A stretch of DNA of 64,000 nucleotides, taken from the NCBI GenBank assembly GCA_964651385.1, contig CAZYYM010000002.1:3627-67626 (forward strand), in the 5' to 3' direction. Shown here piece by piece: positions 1-9,370 of the stretch (its first letter is position 1; every line of letters begins with the position of its first letter). A program made the translations under genes and the position numbers. The DNA is from an uncultured Gammaproteobacteria bacterium (GTDB lineage Bacteria > Pseudomonadota > Gammaproteobacteria > GCA-001735895). The notes below the pieces were generated by a model. That model saw only the letters and a program-made list of their open reading frames with translations. It made no database searches and had not been told where the DNA came from.

Positions 1-40
1 CAATTTTTGTTAAATTATTGCGATACAGTTCACGAAAACC

Positions 41-1501
41 ATGACAGTTTCTATTTTACAGCAGGTTGAATCTTTCAAATACGACCAGGTTTCCCGATAT
101 ATCAATGACTTAATTGAGAAAGGTAACCTTAAACCCGGCGACAAAGCACCTTCTTTGCGTAAGTTGAGCAAGCAACTTGGCGTCAGCATTGCTACGGTGT
201 CACAATCATACCTGAACCTGGAAGATCAGGGAATACTGAACGCCAAACCGCAATCCGGGTTTTTTATCAAAGCCCAGGCAAACCAGATAAACGATATCCC
301 TAAATCGGCTTCTACCTCAAAACAGCCGCGAAAAGTTCGTTTCGGTGAATTGTTCGAGGAAATATTTACCAATGCCAACAATCGCCGAATTGTACCCTTT
401 GGAACCGCTGTTCCGTCCATGGAGTTTATGCCGGTAAAATCGCTGACCCGCGCCACCAAAAGTATCATCAGCCGCCACCCGAAACGTTGCATGGACTATA
501 GCTTTCCACCAGGGGACCGGCGTTTACGCGAACAAATCGCTCTGCAATACCAACACACCAGTACGCGGATATCCGCCGACGAAATAATCGTTACTTCGGG
601 CGCAACCGAAGCCCTGTCATTGTCGCTGCAAATTGTGGCCAAACGCGGCGATATAATCGCGGTTGAATCGCCGACTTATTTCGCAGTGCTTCGACTCATC
701 GAGAAAATGGGTATGCTTGCGCTCGAAATTGACACCGACCCGGCAACCGGTATGAGTCTGCAGGCACTCGAAGAAGCCTTCGACACCATGGATATCAAAG
801 CCGTGCTGGCTTCACCCAATATCAGCAATCCGCTAGGCTGTTTAATGCCTGAAGAACATAAACGCGAACTGGTGAAAATGCTTGCAGAGCGTGATGTGCC
901 GCTGATCGAAGATGATGTCTATGGTAGTGTTTATTTCGGTGATCGTGCGCCACGCTCCGCCAAATCCTATGATCTAAATAACCTGGTACTGAGTTGCTCT
1001 TCGTTTTCCAAAACTTTGGCACCCGGATATCGAATCGGCTGGGTGCTCGCGGGACGCTATAAGAACAAAATCCGGGAACTCAAGCAGGCCACCTTTTCAG
1101 CCACCTCCTCTATCAATCAACTGGCAATGTCCGAGTTCCTCAGTAGCGGACAATACGATAGACATCTGGCGCGCTTGCGTAAAACCATGCGCGAACAGGT
1201 CGATAAAGGTCGTTACATGGTCTGTAAAAGTTTTCCGGATGGCACCTGCATTTCCAGACCACAGGGCGGCAATGTACTCTGGGTAGAGATGCCACGCGGC
1301 TGCAACAGCATCGAAATTTTCAACCGCGCACTACAACACAACATTGGCGTCACACCTGGAATATTGTTTTCGGCAACGCGCCGTTTTAAAAATTATCTGC
1401 GAATAAATTGCGGCTACCCCTGGGATGAAACCAACGAAGCGGCCATAGCCACGCTTGGTAGAATAGTCAGCGAGACCCTGGCTGAATCGAATGCAGGCTG
1501 A
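41..1501 (+). CDS. MocR/PdxR-type GntR-family transcriptional regulator fused to a PLP aminotransferase-like domain
   Basis: N-terminal winged-helix GntR segment (PSLRKLSKQLGVSIATVSQSY) followed by a ~350-aa fold-type-I aminotransferase-like domain with PLP-lysine context SFSKTLAPGYRIGW. Full-length ORF. Confidence 0.85.
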   Translation: MTVSILQQVESFKYDQVSRYINDLIEKGNLKPGDKAPSLRKLSKQLGVSIATVSQSYLNLEDQGILNAKPQSGFFIKAQANQINDIPKSASTSKQPRKVRFGELFEEIFTNANNRRIVPFGTAVPSMEFMPVKSLTRATKSIISRHPKRCMDYSFPPGDRRLREQIALQYQHTSTRISADEIIVTSGATEALSLSLQIVAKRGDIIAVESPTYFAVLRLIEKMGMLALEIDTDPATGMSLQALEEAFDTMDIKAVLASPNISNPLGCLMPEEHKRELVKMLAERDVPLIEDDVYGSVYFGDRAPRSAKSYDLNNLVLSCSSFSKTLAPGYRIGWVLAGRYKNKIRELKQATFSATSSINQLAMSEFLSSGQYDRHLARLRKTMREQVDKGRYMVCKSFPDGTCISRPQGGNVLWVEMPRGCNSIEIFNRALQHNIGVTPGILFSATRRFKNYLRINCGYPWDETNEAAIATLGRIVSETLAESNAG

Positions 1502-3326
1502 GGTTTACGACGCCGCGCTGCAGGTACTTAAATCTCGCTATGGGTATGACCAGTTTCGCTTTCAACAGGCGGAAATAGTACATAATTTGATCGAAGGGCA
1601 TGACGCATTGGTTCTGATGCCGACCGGAGGCGGAAAATCAATCTGCTATCAGGTGCCGTCGATCGTACGCAATGGTGTCGGAATTGTTATTTCGCCCCTG
1701 ATCGCGTTAATGCAAGATCAGGTTAACGCGCTCAACACACTGGGAATTCGCGCTTCATTTTTAAATTCGACACAAAATTCCGATACGCGACGCGATGTCG
1801 AACAACTATTAATCAAGGGTGAACTCGACCTGCTGTATGTCTCACCCGAGCGCCTCAATACCAGTGACTTTTTTATATTGCTGCAGCGTATTGAGATCGC
1901 TTTATTTGCTATAGATGAGGCGCATTGTGTTTCGCAGTGGGGACATGACTTCCGCGCAGACTATATGCGCTTGAAATTTCTCCACGAGGCCTTTCCGCAC
2001 ATACCACGTATCGCCTTGACAGCAACCGCCGACCGTCGAACCCGGGAAGAAATCATCCAGCAACTGGATCTACACCGGGCGGCCAAATTCATCCATAGCT
2101 TTGACAGGCCCAATATCTTTTACCGCATCAGCGAGGGTCAGAATAACCGGCAGCGCCTGTGGCAGTTTATAATGGACAACCATTCTCATAGTGCAGGCAT
2201 TGTCTATTGCCTGTCACGGAAAAATGTCGAGTCGGTAGCCGACTGGCTCGGTCAGAAAGGCCGTATAGCACTACCCTATCATGCTGGCATGAGCAGCGAA
2301 CAACGCGCCGAACATCAACACCGCTTCCTGGTCGAAGAAGGTATCATTATCGTCGCCACTATCGCGTTTGGCATGGGTATAGACAAACCCGACGTACGCT
2401 TTGTGGCACACCTGAACATGCCGCGTACCATTGAAGCCTATTACCAGGAAACCGGACGCTCTGGTCGCGATGGATTGCCAGCCGATGCCTGGCTCGCCTA
2501 CGGCATGCGGGATGTGATCAATCTGCGCATGATCAACCAGCAAAACGAGGCCGAAGAAGCACATAAAATGCTCCAGAACAATAAACTGGATGCCATGCTC
2601 GGTTTATGCGAACAGGTCAGTTGCCGACGACAAACCTTGCTCGCCTATTTTGACGAATTACTCGATAAACCCTGTGGCCACTGCGACAATTGCTTGCTAC
2701 CACCCAGCACCTGGGATGCCACTGAAGCCGCGCAAATGGTCCTGTCCTGCGTTTATCGTACCGGCCAGCGATTTGGCGCCAATTACGTGATCGATATCCT
2801 GCTGGGTAAAACCGATAAAAGAATCGAACGCAATCGCCACGACCAAATCAGTACCTGGGGCATTGGCGCTGATTTGAGTAACAAGCAGTGGCGTAGTGTA
2901 TTAAGGCAGCTGCTGACACTCTCCTATCTGGAAAGTGCAAATGACTTACACGGCGGATTGCGCCTGACGCAACGTGCTAAGCCTTTACTGCGCGGTGAAG
3001 AAACCCTGCATCTGCGCGAAATGAATGAAACCACTGGTAAAGGCCGTAAACCTACCAATCGTGTTGTTATCGAACAAACCAACCAGCCATTATTCGAGCG
3101 ATTACGAACGCTACGCAAAACCCTGGCCGACGAAAACGGCGTACCGCCTTATGTTATCTTCCACGACAAAACCCTGCACGCAATGGCGGCAATTCAACCA
3201 CTGGAACTCGAACAGATGGCCGAGCTTGGTGGTGTTGGTGAGAAAAAACTGGAACGATTCGGCAAGGCGTTTCTATATGAAATCGAAAATTTTATTGTTG
3301 ATCAAGCTGAAGACAAAGCGAATTAG
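1491..3326 (+). CDS. recQ: ATP-dependent DNA helicase RecQ
   Basis: Walker A MPTGGGKS, DEAH box DEAHCVSQWGHDFR, RecQ zinc-finger cysteines (CRRQ...CGHCDNC) and a C-terminal HRDC-like region. The ATG overlaps the upstream gene end by 11 nt. Confidence 0.95.
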   Translation: MQAEVYDAALQVLKSRYGYDQFRFQQAEIVHNLIEGHDALVLMPTGGGKSICYQVPSIVRNGVGIVISPLIALMQDQVNALNTLGIRASFLNSTQNSDTRRDVEQLLIKGELDLLYVSPERLNTSDFFILLQRIEIALFAIDEAHCVSQWGHDFRADYMRLKFLHEAFPHIPRIALTATADRRTREEIIQQLDLHRAAKFIHSFDRPNIFYRISEGQNNRQRLWQFIMDNHSHSAGIVYCLSRKNVESVADWLGQKGRIALPYHAGMSSEQRAEHQHRFLVEEGIIIVATIAFGMGIDKPDVRFVAHLNMPRTIEAYYQETGRSGRDGLPADAWLAYGMRDVINLRMINQQNEAEEAHKMLQNNKLDAMLGLCEQVSCRRQTLLAYFDELLDKPCGHCDNCLLPPSTWDATEAAQMVLSCVYRTGQRFGANYVIDILLGKTDKRIERNRHDQISTWGIGADLSNKQWRSVLRQLLTLSYLESANDLHGGLRLTQRAKPLLRGEETLHLREMNETTGKGRKPTNRVVIEQTNQPLFERLRTLRKTLADENGVPPYVIFHDKTLHAMAAIQPLELEQMAELGGVGEKKLERFGKAFLYEIENFIVDQAEDKAN

Positions 3327-3688
3327 ACATCAAAATGGTTTTAACTAGCCCTCCATTAGCCTGCCCCGCTGAATAGCCGAAGCGACTTTCTGTCGATTAC
3401 AGCACTAAACAATACCCCAATCCATCCTTGTTACGGATATCGCAGCCATTGTATCTGGTTGGTGTCGAGATATCGCTCCACACCGGTCATTGCTTGTTGT
3501 TCCCCGGTAATCGCGCCTGCATTTTTGTCCAAAGTTACCTCGCGAAATCAACTCATAAGTGCGATTCCAATTTTACAAGAAACAGAATGGGACAGGGCTT
3601 CGAATTATGACGGTTTATTCAAATAACCTCCTCGCCGGATTTTATACCAAGTGAGATAGCTATATATCGTAATTAGCTGACCTGACCT

Positions 3689-4327
3689 TTATGCTTTTCT
3701 GCGGCGAGTAAACCCAAAACTTAAAAACCCTGCTCCCATAAGAGCTATTAATGAGGGTTCAGGTACAGCAGATGCGGTTAATGAACCAATGTATATTGCA
3801 TCATCATCGTTACCAGGGGTAACAGTTTTAAAATAAAACTCGTTACCCATTAGACCTAAGTAATTACCATCCGAATAGTCATAGGATGAATACGCGATTC
3901 CATCTAGCGACAGTTGAAACCAATCTTTGCCATCTAATCCTTCGTCCGCAAATGCTCCATGGTTCCCTTTTTTCAGGGTAAGAGCGTCAAGTGAGATAAT
4001 TTCCGAGAAAACAAGTGTTAATACTTCATCATCGGTAAGGTTATCATCGGAGCTTCCAGCACAATTGCCATTATTAGTATGACACACCCCTAATCCGGCA
4101 TTGCCCGCATCAAGGTATGACCATCCTTCACCATCTAAAAGATAATCACCGTAAGCGGTTACGATGATTCCTGATACCGTAATACCTATACCTTCTAATA
4201 TGGTTTCACCTTGGTAATTCTGGTCAGTATTATCGTCCGCTATTGATTGATAATCAAATATTGCACTTGCACTTACTCCAAGTGGGATAAATAATAATGG
4301 TGCTAGTAAAGCTATTAGTTTTTTCAT
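3689..4327 (-). CDS. secreted PEP-CTERM sorting-domain protein (exosortase cargo), function unknown
   Basis: Signal peptide MKKLIALLAPLLFIPLGVSASA and C-terminal VPEP + hydrophobic helix + RRRK (VPEPSLIALMGAGFLSFGFTRRRKA). The gene is visibly AT-rich (19/60 G+C counted on line 3781-3840). Confidence 0.8.
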   Translation of the reverse strand: MKKLIALLAPLLFIPLGVSASAIFDYQSIADDNTDQNYQGETILEGIGITVSGIIVTAYGDYLLDGEGWSYLDAGNAGLGVCHTNNGNCAGSSDDNLTDDEVLTLVFSEIISLDALTLKKGNHGAFADEGLDGKDWFQLSLDGIAYSSYDYSDGNYLGLMGNEFYFKTVTPGNDDDAIYIGSLTASAVPEPSLIALMGAGFLSFGFTRRRKA

Positions 4328-4537
4328 CGGTTGCCCCGATTAAATATTTAACAGGAAGTATAGGTTATGCCCAAAATTTAGATAGCTAAACTATTTCCTA
4401 AAAATGTGGGATTCATTTTGTACGATTTACATTCCATAGCAATAGATATACTAAATTTAATTCCGGTTTCATTGCCTAAAAAACCCCTATCGAAACAGGT
4501 ATACTATCGCATTTATTCTGTATAAATAGACTGATCG

Positions 4538-6142
4538 ATGAATCCGACGCTCGCCAATCCAATTAACCCCAGCCCACGCTACCACTTTGACTTCGAGCCC
4601 GAAACCAGTCGTGTGCGGGCCACTTTCAAGGGCATTACCCTGGCAGATAGTCAGCAGGCTATGCTCATGCAGGAAACTCGTCTCGCGCCGATATTTTATT
4701 TTCCGCGTGCCGATGTACGAATGGACAGGTTCCACCAAAGCGATTACATCAGCCACTGTCCATTTAAAGGGAATGCTTCACATTATTCGCTTAACAGTGA
4801 AGGATTCACTGCCGACAATATTATGTGGAGTTACGAAACACCTTTCGCTGAAAACGAACACATCCGTAACTATGTTGCGTTTTATGCTGACCGCGTCAAT
4901 ATCGAGGTAATGGACGATAGCACCGAGGCACAGATGTCCGGGGCGTCGAATAGCTACGCCAATCCCCTGTTGCACTGGATATTGCACGAGGCACCGGCGC
5001 TGAGCAACATTAGCGATCTTACCGGTGCTTTTGCCCGCCAGATGTGCGCCGTAGGCATTCCACTCTGGGACATGACGGTGGTAATCCCGACCCTGCATCC
5101 TCAGGTAGCCGCACTGGTGCAGAACTGGCAGAGTTCCAATGGCGAGCTCACTGAACTGGAGCCAAGCTTCGAAGGGCTGGAATCTCCGGAGTTTCTAAAC
5201 AGTCCTTTAGTGCCATTATTTGATGGTGCCGGCGGCATTCGCAGGCGGCTAGACGTCGATAATCCCCAGCTCGACTTTGGCGTATTACACGATCTTTACG
5301 AAGTAGGCGCAACCGACTATGTCGCCATGCCGATGCTATTTTCGGATGGCAAAATCAACGGCTTGTGTATGAGCACCAAAAAACCGGGAGGCTTCAGCAC
5401 GTCGGATCTAGGTCATCTCTATGAAGTACTGGCAGTTATGGGCCGGATCTATGAAGTACACATCCTGCAGCGCAAAGCTCGCACGCTGCTTGACACTTAC
5501 CTGGGGTCGCATGCGGGCGCGCTTGTACTCAATGGTTTGATACGCCGTGGTGACGGCGAGGATATCCGCGCTGTTATCTGGTTCTGCGATCTACGTGGTT
5601 CCACGCCACTGGCACAATCTATGTCTCGCAATGAATTTCTCGCCTGCCTCAACGAATACTTCGATGCAGTAGCGGGTGCGGTAATCGATCACGGCGGGCA
5701 AATTCTGCGTTTCATCGGGGATGCAGCGTTGGCAATTTTCCCAATAGAAACACGGGCTGAAGATTCTGCCCTTTATGAAATTAATTCACGCCATGCCTGC
5801 GAACAGGCACTCGCCGCAGCCCGGGAAGCTGCGCTACGTATGAAAGCTACTAATCTGTCTCGTCGGGAAGACAATAAACCGCCGCTCGACTATGGGATCG
5901 CTTTGCATCTTGGTAATGTTAGCTACGGTAATATTGGTACTGGCAACCGCCTTGAATTTACCGTGATCGGCGACGCGGCAAACTGTGCGGCGAGGATCGA
6001 GTCAATGTGCAAAACGCTCGACAAATCCCTGTTACTTTCCGCCGAATTTGTCGATGTACTGGGCGCCGATCAATTTACCAGTTTCGGCCAGCATAATCTT
6101 CGGGGCATTGACGCAGCGCAGGAAATTTATGCCTTGTCCTGA
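4538..6142 (+). CDS. DUF427 domain fused to a class III adenylate/guanylate cyclase
   Basis: N-terminal DUF427-like signature (APIFYFPRADV...SHCPFKGNASHY). C-terminal cyclase motifs FCDLRGSTPL, RFIGDAALAIF, TVIGDAANCAARIES. About 200 aa of linker of unknown fold lies between them. Confidence 0.8.
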   Translation: MNPTLANPINPSPRYHFDFEPETSRVRATFKGITLADSQQAMLMQETRLAPIFYFPRADVRMDRFHQSDYISHCPFKGNASHYSLNSEGFTADNIMWSYETPFAENEHIRNYVAFYADRVNIEVMDDSTEAQMSGASNSYANPLLHWILHEAPALSNISDLTGAFARQMCAVGIPLWDMTVVIPTLHPQVAALVQNWQSSNGELTELEPSFEGLESPEFLNSPLVPLFDGAGGIRRRLDVDNPQLDFGVLHDLYEVGATDYVAMPMLFSDGKINGLCMSTKKPGGFSTSDLGHLYEVLAVMGRIYEVHILQRKARTLLDTYLGSHAGALVLNGLIRRGDGEDIRAVIWFCDLRGSTPLAQSMSRNEFLACLNEYFDAVAGAVIDHGGQILRFIGDAALAIFPIETRAEDSALYEINSRHACEQALAAAREAALRMKATNLSRREDNKPPLDYGIALHLGNVSYGNIGTGNRLEFTVIGDAANCAARIESMCKTLDKSLLLSAEFVDVLGADQFTSFGQHNLRGIDAAQEIYALS

Positions 6143-6180
6143 AGGCTTATTAGCAGGCCATGCAGCCAACCGGTAATTCC

Positions 6181-6210
6181 GGGGACATATAATTCCGCAT
6201 ATATGTCCCC
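6181..6210. terminator. perfect 10-bp stem hairpin between convergent genes (putative bidirectional terminator)
   Basis: ggggacatat / aattccgcat (loop) / atatgtcccc, read directly from the sequence. It lies between the cyclase stop (6142) and the GST stop (6254). No strong T-tract on either side, so termination activity is uncertain. Confidence 0.45.
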
Positions 6211-6253
6211 AGAAATTCAGAATCTTTCACATCCCAATCAGTTGCCGATACTA

Positions 6254-6901
6254 TCAGCCTAGTTTCAAATCGAGCCAGGCTTGCATGCCAGCACTGTAAT
6301 CTTCAAGCTCGGCTGCCACCGCAGTATGGGCTTCAACTCCGGTACGGTAATCGAGCAGATTTACAGGCCAATCGAGTTCGAGACCCAAAACCGGTGTGAA
6401 GGCATCAAGCCAGGCAAAGCTGATCGGAAACCCACAATCGCCAAGAACCAGCAAGTCGATATCGAGAAAAGTGTCGGTCGCGAGCAAACGAGACAGCTCT
6501 TGCAAACGGAGATTGAGTACCTCGTTCTGGTTAGCAACGCCGTTAGTGTCACGAGCTCCGGGGGCAATATGGGCAAACAACTTGCGTACTTCGGGTTCGA
6601 GCCTGGTGTCATGAAAACGTGACCGTTCCCGACATTTTGCACGAGCAGCCGGATCAGCGGGCAGCATATTCGGCGTGGGGATTTTTTCATTTAGATATTC
6701 GGCAATAGCTTCGGAATCAGCGATTACAAGACTACCGTCTACCAACGCAGGCATTGTGCCCGACGGAATCAGCTTGCGATAAGCTTCAGAACCGCAACCG
6801 CCCTCAGGTTCCGACTCTTGCCATTTAGCGCCTTTGTGCCGGAGCAGCACCCGAAGCTTGGCGCAATATAGGCTTTCAGATGTGGTATATACAGTCAGCA
6901 T
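6254..6901 (-). CDS. glutathione S-transferase family protein
   Basis: Thioredoxin-like N-terminal GST fold (MLTVYTTSESLYCAKLRVLL...MPALVDGSLVIADSEAIAEYL) plus a helical C-terminal domain. ATG at 6901 preferred over the GTG at 6922 used by the ORF track. Confidence 0.75.
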   Translation of the reverse strand: MLTVYTTSESLYCAKLRVLLRHKGAKWQESEPEGGCGSEAYRKLIPSGTMPALVDGSLVIADSEAIAEYLNEKIPTPNMLPADPAARAKCRERSRFHDTRLEPEVRKLFAHIAPGARDTNGVANQNEVLNLRLQELSRLLATDTFLDIDLLVLGDCGFPISFAWLDAFTPVLGLELDWPVNLLDYRTGVEAHTAVAAELEDYSAGMQAWLDLKLG

Positions 6902-6963
6902 GTATCCAGAGGGTGCGAACACCCCCTAAACTGATCCCGTTTCATACCTATGTTGTTCGGCCA

Positions 6964-7740
6964 CTAGTTGTTCAAATTCCATTTCTTACCTAAGCCGTCG
7001 AAAAAGCCGCGTTCCTGCTTCAGCCTAATCCAGGTATTGACGTAATTGATCCACACCTGGTCGCCTTGGGGTAGCAACATCGCAATCGGGGTGGGTGACT
7101 TGGGCGCAGAAACTGGTACGATCGCCATTTGCGGATACTTAATGACCAGTTTATTGGCTTCGACATTTGATGTGATATGCGCATCGGCGCGGCCCGCTAA
7201 TACTTCCTGAAAATCGCGCGCAGGTGCTTCGACGATTTTATGCGTAGCGTTTGGAAAGTAAGCCTTGACCTGCTTTTCCTGGGTTGTTCCCAGGGTTGCA
7301 GCGACCGTAACACCCGCCTTGTCCAGGTCACCCCAGTCTTTATACTTTGCGGCATTTTTTGACAGGATCAACGGAACTGTCGCGAGTGAAAAATAACTGT
7401 TTGAATAGCCCGCCGCCTTGGCCCGGGCCGGTGACACCGATGCCGACCCGGTCATATGATACTTGCCCGAAGTCACACCGCTGACCAGCGTCTTCCAGTC
7501 GGCCGGTATAAATTCAAGCTCGACCCCGAGGTCCTTAGCCAGTTCGGCCATGACATCAATATCATAGCCGGTATAACTGTTATTGGCCGGATCCTTCATG
7601 GTCATCGGGTTCCAGTCACCAGTAGTCCCAACCTTAAGCACACCGTTGCTGAGTATATCCTGTAGAGCTGATGTTCCCTGTGCCTGAAGAGCCGTGCTAA
7701 ACATGAACAGGACAATGCCCGCAAATTTTACTAATTTCAT
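6964..7740 (-). CDS. periplasmic family-3 solute-binding protein (amino-acid binding, or PheC-like cyclohexadienyl dehydratase lineage)
   Basis: Signal peptide MKLVKFAGIVLFMFSTALQA. The LKVGTTGDWNPMT...GYDIDVMAELAKDLG pattern is typical of SBP_bac_3 proteins. Divergent from the ATPase and permease genes. Confidence 0.85.
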   Translation of the reverse strand: MKLVKFAGIVLFMFSTALQAQGTSALQDILSNGVLKVGTTGDWNPMTMKDPANNSYTGYDIDVMAELAKDLGVELEFIPADWKTLVSGVTSGKYHMTGSASVSPARAKAAGYSNSYFSLATVPLILSKNAAKYKDWGDLDKAGVTVAATLGTTQEKQVKAYFPNATHKIVEAPARDFQEVLAGRADAHITSNVEANKLVIKYPQMAIVPVSAPKSPTPIAMLLPQGDQVWINYVNTWIRLKQERGFFDGLGKKWNLNN

Positions 7741-7864
7741 TATTATTCCCCCTCGATTTTGATTGTGGCCAGTATCATTTCACGGACATATGTAATTTGC
7801 AACAGCACCAAATATTTTTGCATAATATCTCCTGCCATGCTTCAATCGGGGTCGCATCAGTACA

Positions 7865-8626
7865 ATGAGCCGCTCACTAGCCTTGACCAAGCAACCCCTG
7901 ATTTCAGTGCGGGATATATCGAAAACATTTGGCGAATTCCAGGCACTCAGAAATGTATCGCTCGAAATAAATGCGGGCGAGAGAGTGGTTATTTGCGGCC
8001 CTTCCGGATCTGGAAAATCCACCTTGATCCGCTGCATTAACCAACTCGAACTACAGGAAAAAGGACAGATTATGATCGATGGCTTCGAAGTCGGAATCGG
8101 TCTGAAAGAGCAACGTGCAACCCTGTCACGTATTGGCATGGTGTTTCAGCAATTCAACCTGTTCCCTCATTTGAGTGTGCTGGACAACCTGACGCTGGGA
8201 CCGCAACGATCCCGCAAAATGGATCGCGATGCCGCCGAGGCACTGGCGATGTCATACCTGGAGCGAGTGCATATCCCCGAACAAGCCGACAAGTTTCCAC
8301 GCCAGCTTTCTGGCGGGCAGCAACAACGGGTCGCGATTGCGCGCTCGCTGTGCATGGAGCCCGATATCATGCTGTTCGACGAGCCGACCTCAGCGCTGGA
8401 TCCAGAAATGATTAACGAGGTACTCGATGTTATGGTTGAACTGGCCAATAGTGGAATGACCATGATATGCGTAACCCACGAAATGGGATTTGCGCGCAAG
8501 GTGGCCGATAAAATGCTGTTCATGGATCACGGCGAAATTGTCGATGCCGCACCGCCAGAAAAATTTTTTAGCAGCCCCGACAGCAGTCGCTGCCAGGATT
8601 TTCTGCAAAAAATACTGCATCACTGA
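7865..8626 (+). CDS. amino-acid ABC transporter ATP-binding protein
   Basis: Walker A GPSGSGKST, ABC signature LSGGQQQRVAIAR, Walker B MLFDEPTSALD, H-loop VTHEMGFA. Polar amino-acid (GlnQ/HisP) type. Confidence 0.92.
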   Translation: MSRSLALTKQPLISVRDISKTFGEFQALRNVSLEINAGERVVICGPSGSGKSTLIRCINQLELQEKGQIMIDGFEVGIGLKEQRATLSRIGMVFQQFNLFPHLSVLDNLTLGPQRSRKMDRDAAEALAMSYLERVHIPEQADKFPRQLSGGQQQRVAIARSLCMEPDIMLFDEPTSALDPEMINEVLDVMVELANSGMTMICVTHEMGFARKVADKMLFMDHGEIVDAAPPEKFFSSPDSSRCQDFLQKILHH

Positions 8627-8629
8627 ATT

Positions 8630-9370
8630 ATGACAAGAGCATTTTTAATCGTTGCTGGCGTTGCTTTACTGGCTGGATGTTCCGCTAGCTGGGGCTGGTA
8701 TGTCGTCAATCCGACAACAACTAGTGGAATGTCCAACCTCAAATTTCTGCTTGACGGGCTTTATTACACGGTATTATTGTCGCTTTGTGCGATCATGATA
8801 TCGATCGTAGTCGGGCTGCTGATCGCACTACCCGGTTTGTCCTCGCGCCGTGGCTTTCGCGTAATTAATCGCAGCTATGTCGAATTGGTACGCGCGGTCC
8901 CCATTCTTGTATTGATCTTGTGGGTATATTATGGCCTGCCCCAACTAGCCAACATATCGATTAACGTATTTTGGGCAGGTGTTGTTGCCCTGGCGTTATC
9001 CGACAGCGCATTCGAGGCTGAAATTTTTCGAGCCGGAATCCAGTCTATCGATAAGGGCCAATACGAGGCATCACATTCAATTTCGCTCAGCTATACAGAC
9101 ACGATGCGTTACGTGATCCTGCCTCAAGCGATTAGGCGCATTCTGCCTGCACTGGGCAATCAACTGGTTTACATGCTGAAAATGTCTTCGCTGGTATCGA
9201 TAATCGGCTTACAGGAATTAACACGACGAGCCAACGAACTCGTCGTAACCGAGTATCGCCCTTTGGAAATTTACACGATCCTGGTGCTTGAATATCTGTT
9301 TCTAATATTGATCGTTTCGGCCGGCGTACGCTGGCTGGAACGTCGGTTGCAGACCGATGTTCGACACTAA
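8630..9370 (+). CDS. amino-acid ABC transporter permease (His/Glu/Gln/Arg/opine family)
   Basis: Multiple TM helices and the EAA-type loop (SIDKGQYEASHSISLSYTDTMRYVILPQA). Starts 4 nt after the ATPase stop. Confidence 0.9.
   Translation: MTRAFLIVAGVALLAGCSASWGWYVVNPTTTSGMSNLKFLLDGLYYTVLLSLCAIMISIVVGLLIALPGLSSRRGFRVINRSYVELVRAVPILVLILWVYYGLPQLANISINVFWAGVVALALSDSAFEAEIFRAGIQSIDKGQYEASHSISLSYTDTMRYVILPQAIRRILPALGNQLVYMLKMSSLVSIIGLQELTRRANELVVTEYRPLEIYTILVLEYLFLILIVSAGVRWLERRLQTDVRH

Noticed and set aside
3428-3610. 60-aa plus-strand ORF in the recQ-downstream gap.
   Set aside because: TTG start, no RBS and a composition not protein-like. The minus strand of the same region looks more like decayed coding sequence (reported separately at low interest).
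3679-3688. The minus strand reads aggtcaggtc, matching 10 nt of the conserved SRP (4.5S) RNA core.
   Set aside because: The flanking sequence does not continue the SRP consensus (no GGAAGGAAGCAG) and no helix-8-like pairing is present.
7741-7864. ttgcaa / ttgcat motifs in the divergent SBP/ATPase promoter region, considered as a possible regulator site.
   Set aside because: The half-sites are short and imperfect without clear dyad symmetry, so I cannot support an operator call.
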